Assembly: GCA_051362555.1 (NCBI GenBank)
Contig: CM120649.1
Span: forward strand, 4,154,001 to 4,218,000
Direction: 5' to 3'
Origin: Lingula anatina
Taxonomy: Eukaryota > Animalia > Brachiopoda
DNA length: 64,000 nt
Below are positions 28,601-41,188 of the stretch, one piece after another (positions within the stretch are counted from its first letter, which is position 1; each line of letters opens with the position of its first letter). Below the pieces are notes generated by a model. That model ran no database searches, was not told the DNA's origin, and saw nothing but the letters and a program-made list of their open reading frames with translations. A program made the position numbers and the translations under genes.

Positions 28601-31600
28601 GCAAAGAAAAGTGGGGAAGAGTTTATTATGTTATCATTTCAGAGTCAAACTTTGTGAGTAATTTTCTTCCTCAGTCAGCTAAAGGATATATTCTAGTTTT
28701 TTTTTTTTCTCCATGAATGTGGTACATTAATTGCTTTCAATATTTACATATTTCATTGAAAAACAAATTGCTAAAGGATATGACTCCTACTATCTCTGCC
28801 ACACAACTACAGCAATGAAGTCAAACATGACATTAACTGAGACAAAAATGGATTTATACAATATACGGAGGAGTTACACTACACTAGATCAGCCTACGGG
28901 ATCTGGCTTCTCGGCTCAAGCTCAGGTTTCCCGTCCCCTCACCAGAGGGAGCCATCGTCACCATGACCACTATAGCAACATTTACCATGGAAATGGTCAC
29001 CAGAGACAGGTTTGTAATGGACTGTGATTTTGATTTTCTGTAGGAAGCTTTGTATCTGATGCTACTACTTCTGTTTTCAATATTTTTCCGAGTTCAGGTG
29101 TGTTCAGATGTATTTTTTCCCACCTTTTTCAGCCATAATGTATAAAAGCACATGATATTTAACACCCCAGTTCCATAGATTAGATCGACCTACTTTAGAT
29201 CGACCTAACTCCCTGGGGGTTCACGCTAAATAGCTGTCAGCCGGGCGGACACGAAAGTTAATTACCCCCTTAAAGCTTGTAGTAGGCGGGACGGACATTT
29301 AAGTTGGATTATCTGAAAGTAATCTAGTGAGACTCCCCGGGGGGATAGATCAATCTAAAATCTATGGGAATAGAGCCAAACAAATATTATGTAATGAGGG
29401 AAAGGGCTATCTGTTCAGGAAAAAGCTGCTTGTTTCCTGTGCTTATGACTGACATCATGCAGCTAGGCTGCTGACATGGTTATAAAGAAAAATTTGTGGG
29501 ACAAACCTCCCCCCTCCAACAGCACACACACACAGCTCCTAAGTACTTGTGTTTAGGTATAAACTGGTATGCAGTCTCTCTGTCCATCTGTCTGTCCATC
29601 TATATATAATAATCTATATTAGGTGTCTGTATGTCTGTCAGTTTGTCTGTCTTTCTGTGTGTCTGTGCCTTTGTTTGCTTGTCACCTTAGCAGCTGATAT
29701 ATTACACTTTACCTATTACAGGTGGACAACCAGACAGCCCACCTGACGGAGAGTCTGATGATCCGTCCACTCACAGTGTCCAATATGAGTGTGGACCAAG
29801 TCCCGTCCAGGACTTCCCACTCAGCTGGTCTTGCAGTGGAGGTAATATTAACAAGGCTTTCATATTGAAAAAATATTGCATTTTTAATAAATTAGGTTGA
29901 AATTTCATTAAATGATTTCCAAGCAGTGGATCTTGCTGAAGCATAAAGAAGTTCAAATATTTTATTTTATTTTTATCTTAACATGGCATCTTTAAAACAC
30001 ATGATATGTGCTGTTTTTCTTTTTTTTTTAATTTTGTTTTGTTTTGTTTTGTCACAAAATTACCTTAATTTTGAACACAACCCCCCCCCCCCCCCACACA
30101 CACACACCATTTTATTCCACTTCAAATTTTAATTTGAACACTACAAGAATGATGATTTTATAAGACTGACATCAAAAAATCTACATCTAGTTAGATAAAA
30201 CTGTGAACACTGGATGAAAGTCACAAAAGCATGAAGATATATGCAAACATATTCACAATGATGACAAACCATTTCATTATTCAGAATGTCTTGGATATTT
30301 TACCAGTATACTAATGCCATGCACTCCTGATGCCTAAAATGTGAATTAGACCTTGATTTGGCAAAATAATATGTTTTCCTCAAAATTCCAGCAATTTTTT
30401 ATGTAACATCTATTAGTAGGAATATCACATTTAACACCATTGAAAAAATTAATTATGATCAGAAAACCTGTTTTCTAGTTCTAATTTTCTATTCATACCA
30501 CCATGTGAAATCCACCAGTCTTCTGATCAGCCATCTTTATCACAATTAGGAGAGTGATACAGAAACTTTAAGCTTGGTTCTGGATATGGCATACCATAGT
30601 TATTGTGGAAAAAAGATTTAAAATTTCCAGGAAAATTAAGATATGACTGTATAAAATTCTGTGCCTTTAAGGAGGGTAGGGAATACCTTTTGTGTTCCGC
30701 GTGATTGGCCTTATTTTTTGAGTGTGATGCGTTATTTGAGCCCAATATTCTGCATGAAATGTGGTTCAGGAATTCTTGGTGATCAATTGGTAATTGACCT
30801 AGATATATCTTTGTTATTGGTGATTGAGCTGTTTTAATTCTTGGTGATTAAGGGGGTGGGGGGGGGTATTCCCTACCCTCTTTAAGAGAATTTTTTTCTC
30901 TGTCAGCGTTCGCAAACGAACATGTACATCCCTGGCAAGGGCCGCCCAGAGAGACAACCAGAAAAGATGGCTGTGATGTCCAACAGGGAGGAGGCACCCG
31001 TTTCCAAGGCAACGGTGCCTAAGAAAGGATTGATAAAGCTCACAGCACTCCAGTTTGAGCAAGACGATCCCAACTACTTTGACAGAAGTAAAGGTTTGTA
31101 TGAATAAATGAAAAATAAATAAATAAACAAAAAAAAAAAAAAAAAAAAAACGAATAAATATATACAGCTTTTAATTGATTTGACAGGATGTTTCAATAAG
31201 AAAAATGACATTAGTATATCGTAACTGTTATTATTTGGAATTATTAGAATCTATTGCACATTATCACGTGCACCATATAGCAGTTTTATTTTGCTTCAAC
31301 AAATTATGGCATTTTTTTAAATCTTTTTTTAAAATAAATTGGGCATGCATATTGTTCAAAAATAATTATGTCAGCAATTAATAATATTGATCTTACATTC
31401 TAAAGACCATAAATCAGCCAGTATTTTCATTTGATAATACTTTTTAAATTTACAGAACAAAGAGAAAAGAATAAATGGAAAACCAAGCCATTGCCAATGA
31501 ACCACAAGAAACTAATGGACAAGCAGAGAAAATTGGGAACCGGCGGCCATGACAGGTGGCAATCTGCCGAACCTGCTGACACCTGGGCAGATCTTGTTCC

Positions 31601-32480
31601 AGAAGAATATACTGTTGGTGACTTGCAGAAGAAGATATTACAGTTTGCTGTAAGTACATTTATAGACTCAAAATTGGGCCCGAGATTCATTTATTAAAAG
31701 TACTAGTATGTGTTATGCTCATTAGACCAATTACAATTGCAAACCCAGAAAATTAGTGGCTCTACCTTCATAACCAAGGTTGACAAAACTATGATCTGTA
31801 AATCCATTTATTTTTTGCGTTATAAGTTTCTCATTTTTACTGCTACAAATGATGTTCAATAGTCTCTGTGTCTATAATAAGAGTTGCAATGTATTCAAAT
31901 ACTTGTCTTGTTACCCAAAGTACATGTAGAACATTTGGATATTATACCTTGGTAATTAAGGGAAAATTTTTGCTATATATTGAACTTCAAGAACTAATTG
32001 TGATAGGCATTGTTTGACTTAAAAATCGACTTTTCTTGACTTTGTGGGTTTTCATACCTGCACACAACTCTAAAGTAACAATTGACATTTTCATGAGCCA
32101 AATCAAAAATTAAATAACATATAATGTGTCAAAAGTATTATATAAAATGTTTATTTTTGAAATTATAAACAAGGGTAAGTGAAAAACCTTCATAATTGCA
32201 GGACTTTGCTGGTGCTGATCGCAATCCTTATCTCCGCTTAAATGCCCGCCAGCCAGCTAATCAACAGCAGGGACCACACATTCTACCCCAGGGTGCACCA
32301 GCCATGAGCTATGACATGGATGTGGAGTCTGTGACATCAGAAGTAACCATGGCAACCACAGACATGGCAGCTATTCCAAGTAAAAAAGTCGCAGTGGTTC
32401 CTCGAAATGTGCTTCCGACTCTCCCGCCCTCAGAGAAAAGGCGCAAACCAGACTCTCGTTATCCTGCTTTGCGGTCTTGA
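7036..32480 (+). CDS. Uncharacterised large coiled-coil protein, about 35 exons, about 1,220 aa
   Basis: Phase-consistent GT-AG exon chain: 7036-7120, 7409-7539, 8526-8573, 8794-8844, 8963-8977(?), 11075-11179, 11660-11683, 11905-11951, 12247-12345, 12708-12763, 13438-13554, 14261-14333, 15175-15205, 15491-15595, 16319-16465, 16578-16670, 17253-17309, 17487-17593, 18045-18159, 18800-18943, 19741-19833, 20210-20437, 21110-21148, 21386-21541, 21901-22041, 22716-22792, 23470-23516, 23777-23913, 24330-24434, 27405-27420(?), 28813-29009, 29722-29841, 30907-31093, 31456-31649, 32202-32480. E/K/Q/L-rich heptad segments (e.g. AIEELQRENKEYREMIEQLQVSLNSAQDEVQQL), acidic tracts and a disordered C-terminus. 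Family not recognised; the two marked micro-exons are tentative. Confidence 0.82.
7835..8105. mobile_element. hAT-like MITE (CAGTGGCGGATCCAG-type ends); related copy at about 14391-14653
   Basis: Ends in CTGGATCCGCCTCTG and shares GTCAGGGGGGTCCTGACCC...TTCGGTTTCTGAAAAAA...GAAATTAGAATTTTGACTAG with 14413-14490. Confidence 0.6.
9024..10101. mobile_element. Non-autonomous PIF/Harbinger-type DNA transposon, 1,078 bp
   Basis: TIRs of about 34 bp (GGCCACACTTTTTTATTTTTATGGATGACATCCT / AGGATGTCATCCATAAAATTAAAAAAGTGTGGCC); TAA target duplication at 9021-9023 and 10102-10104; no transposase ORF. Confidence 0.88.
13670..13920. mobile_element. Degenerate fold-back (old MITE)
   Basis: TGAATTGTTGAGTTGATAATTTCACAGACA pairs imperfectly with TGTCTGCGACATTATTAATTCAACAATTCA; outer GCGGTTCTTA pairs with TAAGGACCGC. 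Confidence 0.5.
14391..14653. mobile_element. hAT-like MITE related to 7835-8105
   Basis: CAGTGGGGGATTTAG ... CTGGTTCCGTCCCTG ends and shared internal sequence. Confidence 0.55.
14783..14997 (+). mobile_element. MITE family A copy
   Basis: Core GGGGAGTCTCGCTAGATTACTGTCAGATAATCCGG...CGCCTACTACAAGCTGTAAGGGGGTAATTAAC...GGGAGTTAGGTCGATC is shared with the copies at 29162, 40221 and 47459. Confidence 0.85.
22101..22258. mobile_element. Small MITE with 17-bp internal subrepeats
   Basis: GGGGGCGT...ACGGCCCC ends; repeated CGAAGGTTCATTGGTCC and its inverse; flanking TTCATAA duplicated. Confidence 0.7.
29162..29377 (-). mobile_element. MITE family A copy, reverse orientation
   Basis: Near reverse complement of 47459-47674. 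Confidence 0.85.
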
Positions 32481-34371
32481 TGGCAGGAAAATGAAAAACC
32501 TGCGATATATTTCATCACATAATCAAATAATTTATACATGAAATACAGTATTTATTGGGGGAATTACTGCATAATTATTTGACAGAATCAAAAATGTGAG
32601 AGATGCTTCAGTGTCTTATAAAATGAGGCTGCTAGTATGAAAAATAAAAATCAGCTGCACATTTCAGATTCAGTATAAATGTGCTTGGACGTACATGCTG
32701 AGACATAGCTGATTATTTCAGGGTGATGAATATCTTCCTTTTATTTAAAATTCTTCCCTTTAGGTCACTCCTGAATTTAACAGCAGTTTATAGTTTCCTG
32801 TCACTTGTCATTAGAACCTGTACGATTTATGCCTCCCATGTTCGTAAACGTGCCACACTCTTACCAACGATTTGCACAACAAACCCCACCAGAAAATTAC
32901 TTTTCAAATACAATTTGAGACCACCAAATTCTTAAATCTGTCCTACATTTTTACTGAAGTCAAAAAGTTTGAAGTCTTAAATTTTGTTTCCATCAGTCAA
33001 GGAATAAAGTCATACCTGTACAGTATATAAAAGACCCACCAATATGAAATATTTTTAACAAGGGATTTTTTTTAATATTCCAACAATATTTTCATTTTGA
33101 ACTTTATGAAAGTGTTCACTTCACTGCAAGTGCTTTTTCAGTGTGAATTGATCACCTGTGTGGCTTACGAGTGCTCTTCAATTAAGATATGAATTGATAT
33201 AATTTCTCTGAGTGAATGGATTTTAATAATATGCTGTTGTGCTAATTAATTACCATATTTAAAAACTGTGGGTATAAGATGCATTCAAGTGTAATTTTTA
33301 TACCATAAGGGTAGCTCAGAAAGGATTTGATTAGTATAATTAGTGAAACAAACTTTACTAAGCTAATCTTACACTGGGGAATATTGATATAAAGACCAAA
33401 GACTCTTAATCTCTTAAATGTTCATTCCCAGAAAACGTGGCACAATTTGTGTATTGCCCAGCTGCAATTTATGCTTAAATCAAAATGTCAGACGAAAGGT
33501 AGATCAAAATTATTGTCAGAACATATTGGTACAGAAGAAGAATCTAAATGTCTCACTTTTACTTATATTTGACCTTTTCAAAATTTATCATTTTTCAAAA
33601 ACCTCAAAACAACATATTATTTTCAGGATGGGAGGACACTTGAATGTTCAGTTAAAATTTACATTGTAGAAATTTATCGTTAGTGCATTTTTAAAGGAGA
33701 AAGCACTCACAAACCCCTCATAATTGCTCACACAAAGGCTCAATACCATTAATTTGTTTTACTCCATGTTGTGTGGATATTTCATCAAACATCCAGATGT
33801 GAAATCTTATGACCAGTGGTGTGGACTAGGTTTCTGTTTACACCAGGCATTGGGATCACAAAATAGAATGCCTAGATATATAGGGAAAAATTAGATATTA
33901 TGTAGGCAGGCAATGTTTTACCAGTACAGTATTGCATTTTGAAATTATTCAAATCCGTCCGTTTTACACAACTTAATCGTGCCAAGAAATAATGAAAAGA
34001 TGTTGATGTCATATCTTTAATTCGTAAAAATTGTCTTTTAAATATGCTAGTTAGTAATGTGGCAAACCTGAGTCTGCTTAAATTTATCCTGCAAGTGTGA
34101 AATATATAAGTGTCTGAAAACAGAAACTTTAACTTCTTGATTATACTTGCATAATATATGTATCATCAGTTTTAAGATGGTTATAAGACCTTCTCATTTT
34201 TCATCTCTACAAATCATTAGTAAGACACCATGAACTTTTTGCTCACTCTGTTGTTTCACAACCTCTCTTTCACAGGTGTGCATGAAGTTTTGATGTTAGT
34301 CACTTTACTTTGATCATCACAAGTAATGTTATATCCCGTTATTTGTTACAATCCCACTGACATAAAATGTC

Positions 34372-34377
34372 AATAAA
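34372..34377 (+). terminator. Candidate polyadenylation signal of the coiled-coil gene
   Basis: AATAAA with a second AATAAA about 15 nt downstream, then a GT/T-rich tract. Earlier AATAAA sites near 32643 and 33003 are alternatives. Confidence 0.35.
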
Positions 34378-35710
34378 ATACTGCTTAATAAAGATTGTCT
34401 TTTTGTCTAGTAGTCTTCTTAAAATATTAAAATATTTGCAATAACAAGACCTTGATTTTGCCAAATTCAGTTTTTTTTTTTCAGAATCATCATGAGCAGT
34501 TCAATTTCAGAAAAAAATTAAAATCAAATCGAAAGCTCTTTTGAAAAAAATCTTATGGCCACGTTGGACCACTAAATTCTTATCCACTTACCGAATAATC
34601 TACTTGTCCAAAGAAAAATGTGCTTTTCAACCAGAGTTAACTTATCAAAACTCACATTTCTAAACATTTCTGACAAAACACTTGGGCAAAAATTATCACT
34701 TTATTTTGTCCAAATTTTATGAGTAACTTCCATATGAGACATACACTACTTTCATTCTACGACAAATATGCAACAGAGAAAATCCTCTCTAAAAGCCATG
34801 TTTTATAATCCATTCTGATGGCTAATTGAATTGCATATTGTTTAACAAATGTTTTTCAATTATCACTTTTACCTTTCCTTTGTAAATGCATTACCATTCA
34901 GATTGAAAACCGGAGACTAAAAAACAAGGCAACCCATGTTATTTGGTAAAGATTATGGCACCCATATTTTGGTGCACGATATTCCAATATAACTAATTCT
35001 GATATTAGCATATTTTACCAAAACAAAAATTTTAATTATATTAAAACACACCATGATATCAAAGTTTTAAATTCTTTGGATCGTTATTAGGATTCTGCTA
35101 GTTTAAAAAGGAATTTCATTTAGTAACACTCACCTTCCACTGTAGGGATACATACTATAGCTAGGCCCTGTACATTTTTTTCATTAATAATCCAACTAAT
35201 ACAAAGTAGTTATAAGTATAGTATAATTATGTAGGTAATATAATACCAAATAATCACAAAAATTGTACAGGTTAAACCATATTGTGCTTAAAAGCAACAA
35301 CTGCAAATAAAAGTTAAAAAATGTTTTTTGTCTTCATAACAGCAGCATTAATCCTATAATTTGGAATTTTTTGAAAACAGGAAAATATGAACCCATTAAC
35401 TAAGAAAAAAAAAAAAAAGAAGAAAAAAAAGAGGGGGGGGGATTAGTTTCAATGCCCCAGCACTTACATATGTTAATATGTTATCATCATTTTTTTGCTG
35501 AAGATAACTCAATGTTTACACATAAAATTAACTTAGGTTGACCATCCAAGAAATGACTATAAAAAATTTCATTGGCGCATTTTGTAGGCATTACTTTTGA
35601 AAGTTTTCAATCACAGTTTTCATGATATGTCAGAGAAAATAAGGCTTTCATTGGTTTATAACCAGTCTCCTCGTAAAAACATAAATAAGAAAAATATATA
35701 GACCATAACT

Positions 35711-37317
35711 TTAAATATCACGCATCAGAATTATGTCCATCAGCTTTGCTGGAAGCCCCAAATTCTGTTGTAGTTTTTTGGCACCACATATCACATTGCC
35801 TGCATGGCTTTGCAGACCAAGTCTTAGCGACCTTCGGGCACAGTCCGACAAACTTGGCATGCAACTGTATTGACCAATCAAATCCTTTATAACAGAATCT
35901 GAACTTGGGTCATCGCCAGGGCGCCTTCCGTCGCCAACAGCCTCCACTCCCTCGTCAAACTGCTGGCTGACGGACGGTCTACAACCAGCCGCCAGTAGCA
36001 AAGCCATCAATTCCAAAAGATCCTTATTGGAGTTGTTCTGCTTCAGAACCCGATACAGCACCCAAAACAGATTGTCTTCTGGACATACTGCGTCCGCCTC
36101 TATCAACATCCTTGTGATCTTCAGATAGGTGGCAAACTTCTGACTGGTAATATTTGCAACTCGCAGCATGGCGGACTCCAGCGGAATGGGGTACCTTTGC
36201 ATTATATCTTCAATTTGAATTTTGGTTCTGGTGTTTACTTTTGCCCCTCTATTAAGCAGTATCTCTACAAGTTCAACGTGGCCTTTTTGTGTGGCAAGAA
36301 GTAATGGTGAGACATGACTTTTAGTTTGCAGGTCACAATCACATCCGCGTTCTATGAGCAGTTCAACAAGTCCACGATGGCGAGCAAGGACTGCCAAGTA
36401 AAGCGCTGTTCGACCTCTTCCATCCTGCCAGTCAATATTGGCTCCATGATCCAAGAGAAGCCCAACTAGGTATTCATTCCCATAGCTGGCAGCACTGTGC
36501 AAGGGGAGCCTACCCTGCAAATCAGGCACATTTACGCAGCATTTCTTCTTTATAAGCAACACTGCAGCCTCAACCTTATGATTAATAATAGCCTTATGAA
36601 GAGGTGTCCTTTTCCAAACATCCTGTAAATTTATGTCAATCTTACAACTCAACAAAGCTTCCACGGACTTCACTGTACCCTGGGCTGCAGCAAAGTGTAA
36701 AGGAGTCATCTGGCTGACATCTTGGGTGTTGGGGTTGGCGCCATTTTCGATGAGGAGTTGCACACATTCCCACCACCCCTTCTCAGCGGCCAAATGTAAA
36801 GCCGTCGAACCATATTTGTCCACCTATTTTACAACAAATGCAGGGATGTAACACAAAGAAAATATAATCTTCATTGTTGGAAGTATAACATTGCTATTGG
36901 TTAGCAATTTTTGGCTGGTATGTTTTAGAACTGTAGAATATTAAGGTTTCATCTTATTTGCATAACACACTGAGAGGAATGTGAAGCACAAATTAAAACA
37001 ATTTCATTGTCTAAATGCATACCCTGCACCTCACATTGTTATTATCATCATTTATAATTATTACTTTTGTTATTATTATTATAATCATTAAGAATTCCAG
37101 TAAAAAGTTACATAACTATTATCCCATACATAGACCTCTAACTAGACATGGACTCTGGCAGTCATATAACATGTACCTTCTGATTAATGTCCAGTAGTGG
37201 ATTGAGGAGGGTGTTCCTGACCGTAGGCAGATGACCGGTGGACACTGCATGGTACATGATATTGGCCAGACTGGCCTTCATCAGCTTCTGCTGGTGCCTG
37301 CTCCGAGTATTGCCCAT
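35711..37317 (-). CDS. Ankyrin-repeat and SOCS-box protein (ASB-like E3 substrate receptor); coding exons 37317-37177 and 36823-35711, 417 aa
   Basis: Six clear ankyrin repeats (GSTALHLAA, QMTPLHFAA, KRTPLHKAI, GRLPLHSAA, GRTALYLAV, HVSPLLLAT). C-terminal SOCS box (PSLSDCARRSLR...LGLPAKLMDII). The upstream exon MGNTRSRHQQ...LLDINQK splices in phase 0 (AAG|GTACAT ... AATAG|GTG), so the ORF-track start at 36823 is an internal Val. Confidence 0.9.
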
Positions 37318-37729
37318 CCTTGTCAACCAGGGTCTGGAATTATGAATTGAAAAAAAATCTTAAAACAGAAACTACTTTTTTTCAGTCTAATTCTGGACTA
37401 ATTGCTGTGGTCAGGCCTTGTAAACGGATCTTTTAGCATTTTAATCATATTAAAATATGATTAGGTTTATTTGGGTGCAAAGCTGAGGACTGTGGAAGTA
37501 TTTATTCACACGTACTTGAATGAAGTCAAAAGTAAAAGATGTGTTGGCATTCATTAGGTGTGTGTGAAAGTTATCTTCCAGAGTTTCTCTGAGTCAATGG
37601 AAAGTAAAAGAGATAAACATGACAATTTATAGCAATTTGTAATAAACATCTGAATTAAATTGAATAAAGCAACCTTTTTGATTTAGAACTGAGACTTCAG
37701 TTCTGTTGTTAATGAGACCGGCATCGCTT

Positions 37730-37902
37730 GCTGATATTAACACCCATATTAACCACATAACCCACAAATTAACCAGCACTACCAGAGTGGATCATGAATG
37801 TTAGTGCTAGGTATCGCTTTGTTGGTGCTAAATAGTTTAATGGTGTGTTGGTTAATTCATGGGTTTTGTGATTAATATGGGCGTCAGTGCTAAAATATCT
37901 GC
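37730..37902. mobile_element. Degenerate hairpin (MITE-like)
   Basis: CACCCATATTAACCACATAACCCACAAATTAACCAGCAC pairs imperfectly with GTGTTGGTTAATTCATGGGTTTTGTGATTAATATGGGCG. Confidence 0.55.
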
Positions 37903-39878
37903 AGATAGTGTTAGTACACGCCTAATCCGTTTATAAAGCCTGGTGATGGTCAGTTTTCCGTCCCTCATGCCCCCTCTCCTGGATCCTGATATTCTATAGC
38001 TACTACTACCATAGAGATCCAATGTTGATTGCATTTTTTATGCTTGAATAAGGTACAATTAAGCTTAATATATGTCTAATTCTAAATTCCTTCTGATAAC
38101 TGTTTAACCAGTGAGAGATCTGCTAAAATCAAACAAAAAATTCTTATAACAGTGTATGTTTAATCAAAAATGTATAAATGTCAAATTATTTTTTCTTAAG
38201 TAAGAATTTATAGATATTTACCTGTAACATTCTATTCTTTACTCCTTCACAGTGCTTTATTACAGCAGGCAGTACAGAATCAAGGCTTGCTTCATTATAA
38301 AAACTTCAGGCAGCACTCGGTGGCAGAGATTTTCCATATATATCATAGTTCACACCAGTTTCTCTTATGCAGCTGAAATTATAAAATATCAACATGTTAT
38401 CAATGATGTGTTGTTTAATGGTCAGGTAAACTCCAGAGAGATTTTATGGGATTTGGAGGAGAGCAGACTCAGAATTAATAGCAGGTAATAGAGGTGTGGC
38501 AACCTATAAAAGACAACAGAAGTTATCAATGGATATTTTTCTGATTGTTTTTTTCTTTAACTTAAAAGTTTTGTAGATTCAACAGTTCAAGCTCATCATG
38601 TTTTGTACACATATATGCACACACATGCATACATGCACACACACACACATATCCTATTCTCAAAGGAACTCAGTCAATATCAGAATATACAATGACAACT
38701 CAGGAGCCAAGGCAGTTTTTACTTTGCGTCAAATATGCTGGTTTAACACTTGTTTGATGTTGCCATTATCAAAAATGTTAGAGGCTGAATTTATCAAACA
38801 AAACAAATGATCTGACATGCACAAAACATTCTTTGCAGATGAAATGATCAAACAACTCAAATTTGTTGTCACAAAAAAGAAAAAAGGCTCCAAATTCAAT
38901 ACCCTGTGTCTCACATTTGCCATTGGCACTGGTTGCCATATATATATATATTCAAATTTATCCTATCCAAGATTTTCCCACTAATTTGTGTTTTTCCTTG
39001 AAAATTTTTTCTCTTGCTCCTGAATCATTAATATGCCAGATCCTGCACTTGGATTCAATGTATTATACCAATTTAAAGCGATAATAACTCTTCGTTTCAG
39101 CCAAAAAATGAATTTTCCTGGAGTAAACAACAATTTTCCCATACTTACCAATGATTAATGAATCCATTTTTACATTCAAAGTTAGTCCCTGGTTTTTTTC
39201 TAAAAAGTTTGGTTTTTTGTTAAAATCTCTTAAGAGATTTTAACAGAGTATAGCCATCAATGGAGGTCACGTGGTCTTAAGACAAGCTCAGATATCAGAA
39301 TAATAGCTATAACTGCCTTTTTTGTGGTAAAACAGAATATATTATATTTCTATGAGTTATTCACAATGTTTTTATTGTGAAATATAGATCTCATACAAAG
39401 AGTTATTATCCCTTTAATTAATGATTAAATATTTAAGCTCTAAATGGCAGGCCATCCACTTAGTCAATTTAAATTTCCACCCTACATGCCTGTTATAAAT
39501 GTTATAAATGTGCCTGGTTTAAAAATTTAGCTAGCAGCCATGTGGAAATCAGGGTAAATTCTTCTCTGTACACCAGGTCCCAAATATGGGATTTCCTACA
39601 GAGGGCGCTGTTCCAAGACAGAAAAAAAAAGAAACTACAGTAATAGCTCAATACATTTGAACAACCACAATGAATAATTAACCTTCTCTACACAAAATTC
39701 ACTTTCTTTTTCATACTTAATTTAATGATTTATAAGTTCTTTAAAGTTGAGTAATTCATGTCAGTAAATTTTTGGGTGTCTAAAAATGAAAAATCTTGGT
39801 GAAGTATACCTGCAAAAAAATCACAAAAAGTGATGCATTGGAAAATTTATAAAGATTACCACATGGAAATAATTGCTT

Positions 39879-39912
39879 TATAAGTGAACCTGGTGACAAA
39901 TTTTCATCAGTC
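39879..39912 (+). promoter_or_regulatory. TATA box and initiator of the cysteine-rich peptide gene
   Basis: TATAAG at 39879-39884; TCAGTC (TCAKTY Inr consensus) at 39907-39912 with its A at 39909, exactly 30 nt after the TATA start; ATG at 39955. Confidence 0.75.
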
Positions 39913-39954
39913 TGAGAAGTCAAATTGGAGAGGAGACACACGTACAGCAAAGTC

Positions 39955-41108
39955 ATGAAGATGATGAAGTTCTGTTTTGTTTTAGTATTTCTACTGTTTA
40001 CTATCCCCCAAGGTGAGCTTTCAGAGAAAACAACTCATTTAAAACCAAAATGATGTATATTCACCAATCTAGGTAGATTTACTTAAAATGTAGAATTTAA
40101 TTTTTAGGTTTTTTAATGCATTTTTTTTTTTTTTGTACAATTTTAAAAGACATGAACAGAAATGCAGAAGACTATTTAAAAGATCTTGAAAATGCAAATA
40201 TCAAGGGTGTGAAGCTCTATGGCTGTATTCCCAGAGCTTTTAGATCGATCTATCCCCGCGCAGAGTCTCACTAGATTACTGTCAGATAATCCGGTTTAAA
40301 TGTCCGTCCCGCCTACTACAAGCTGTAAGGGGGTAATTAACTTTCGTGTCCGCTCGGCTGACAGCTATTTAGCGTGAACCCCCAGGGAGTTAGGTCGATC
40401 TAAAGTAGATCTATCTATTCTCTGGAAATGGGGTCTATGTTGGGGGGGGGGGGGGCAGGGGTGGACATAGGGTAGAAAAAATCTATACCCAAATATCCAA
40501 ATTTTAAGATAATCTGCAAGACTCTCATCTCTAGTAGGGGGCGGGGATTCAGGTTTTGAGCCATTCACCCTTTCAACTTGGAAAAAAGTCAACTCTGGGT
40601 AAAATGTGAACTAGTTACACAAAGATTTCATGGTAAAAAGGTCCACTTTTTCAGAAAAAGAACCCCTCCTTTGAAATTGCTGGCTATGGGCCTGATATTT
40701 TTTCATAACAAGCAAGTTTGGTTTGCAATTTAAAATTTATATTCAGCTGACACCAAAGTACTTACATATTTGTACTAGGACCACCTTAACTATATATTCA
40801 TTACTGGTAAGTCAATAGTGATTTACTCAGTATTTTGTGGGTTTTCCACAAGCATATTCTGCTGCAATCTTTACGAAAATTTTGGCTAAAAAATACATGC
40901 ACTATTATCTATTTTAAAGCACATTGAATAAAAATAATGTTTTCCACTCATCTCTTCTTTAGAAGCCCTGTCACAGACTAATCTCTGCCAAAAAGATGCA
41001 GATTGTGTTGCCAATAACTACTGTCGTGGCTGCCTGCCCACAGTGAACCCAACTTGTGTCTTAGAGACCAAAGGACGGTGCACTTGTCCCTATTGTGGTC
41101 CATACTAG
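39955..41108 (+). CDS. Small secreted 8-cysteine peptide precursor (defensin/toxin/protease-inhibitor-like); coding exons 39955-40012 and 40963-41108, 67 aa
   Basis: Phase-1 splice CAAG|GTGAG ... TCTCTTCTTTAG|AA gives MKMMKFCFVLVFLLFTIPQEALS-QTNLCQKDADCVANNYCRGCLPTVNPTCVLETKGRCTCPYCGPY*: a signal peptide plus a 44-aa mature region with 8 Cys. Donor CAG|GTAAGT lies 5 nt after the stop; a 3'UTR exon starts at 43816 with AATAAA at 43934. Confidence 0.88.
40221..40435 (+). mobile_element. MITE family A copy in intron 1 of the peptide gene
   Basis: GGCTGTATTCCCAGAG ... CTCTGGAAATGGGGTC ends with the family core between them. Confidence 0.85.
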
Positions 41109-41188
41109 AGCAGGTAAGTTTTTAATTTTAGTATTCATTTAGTATTCATTTTCTTTCGATGCTTTAAAATCACTCAATCTGTTATGAC

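Noticed and set aside
28643-28653. Possible 11-nt micro-exon (TTTCAG|AGTCAAACTTT|GTGAGT)
   Set aside because: The splice signals are good but the phase does not fit the neighbouring exons unless another unseen exon exists; left out of the gene model.
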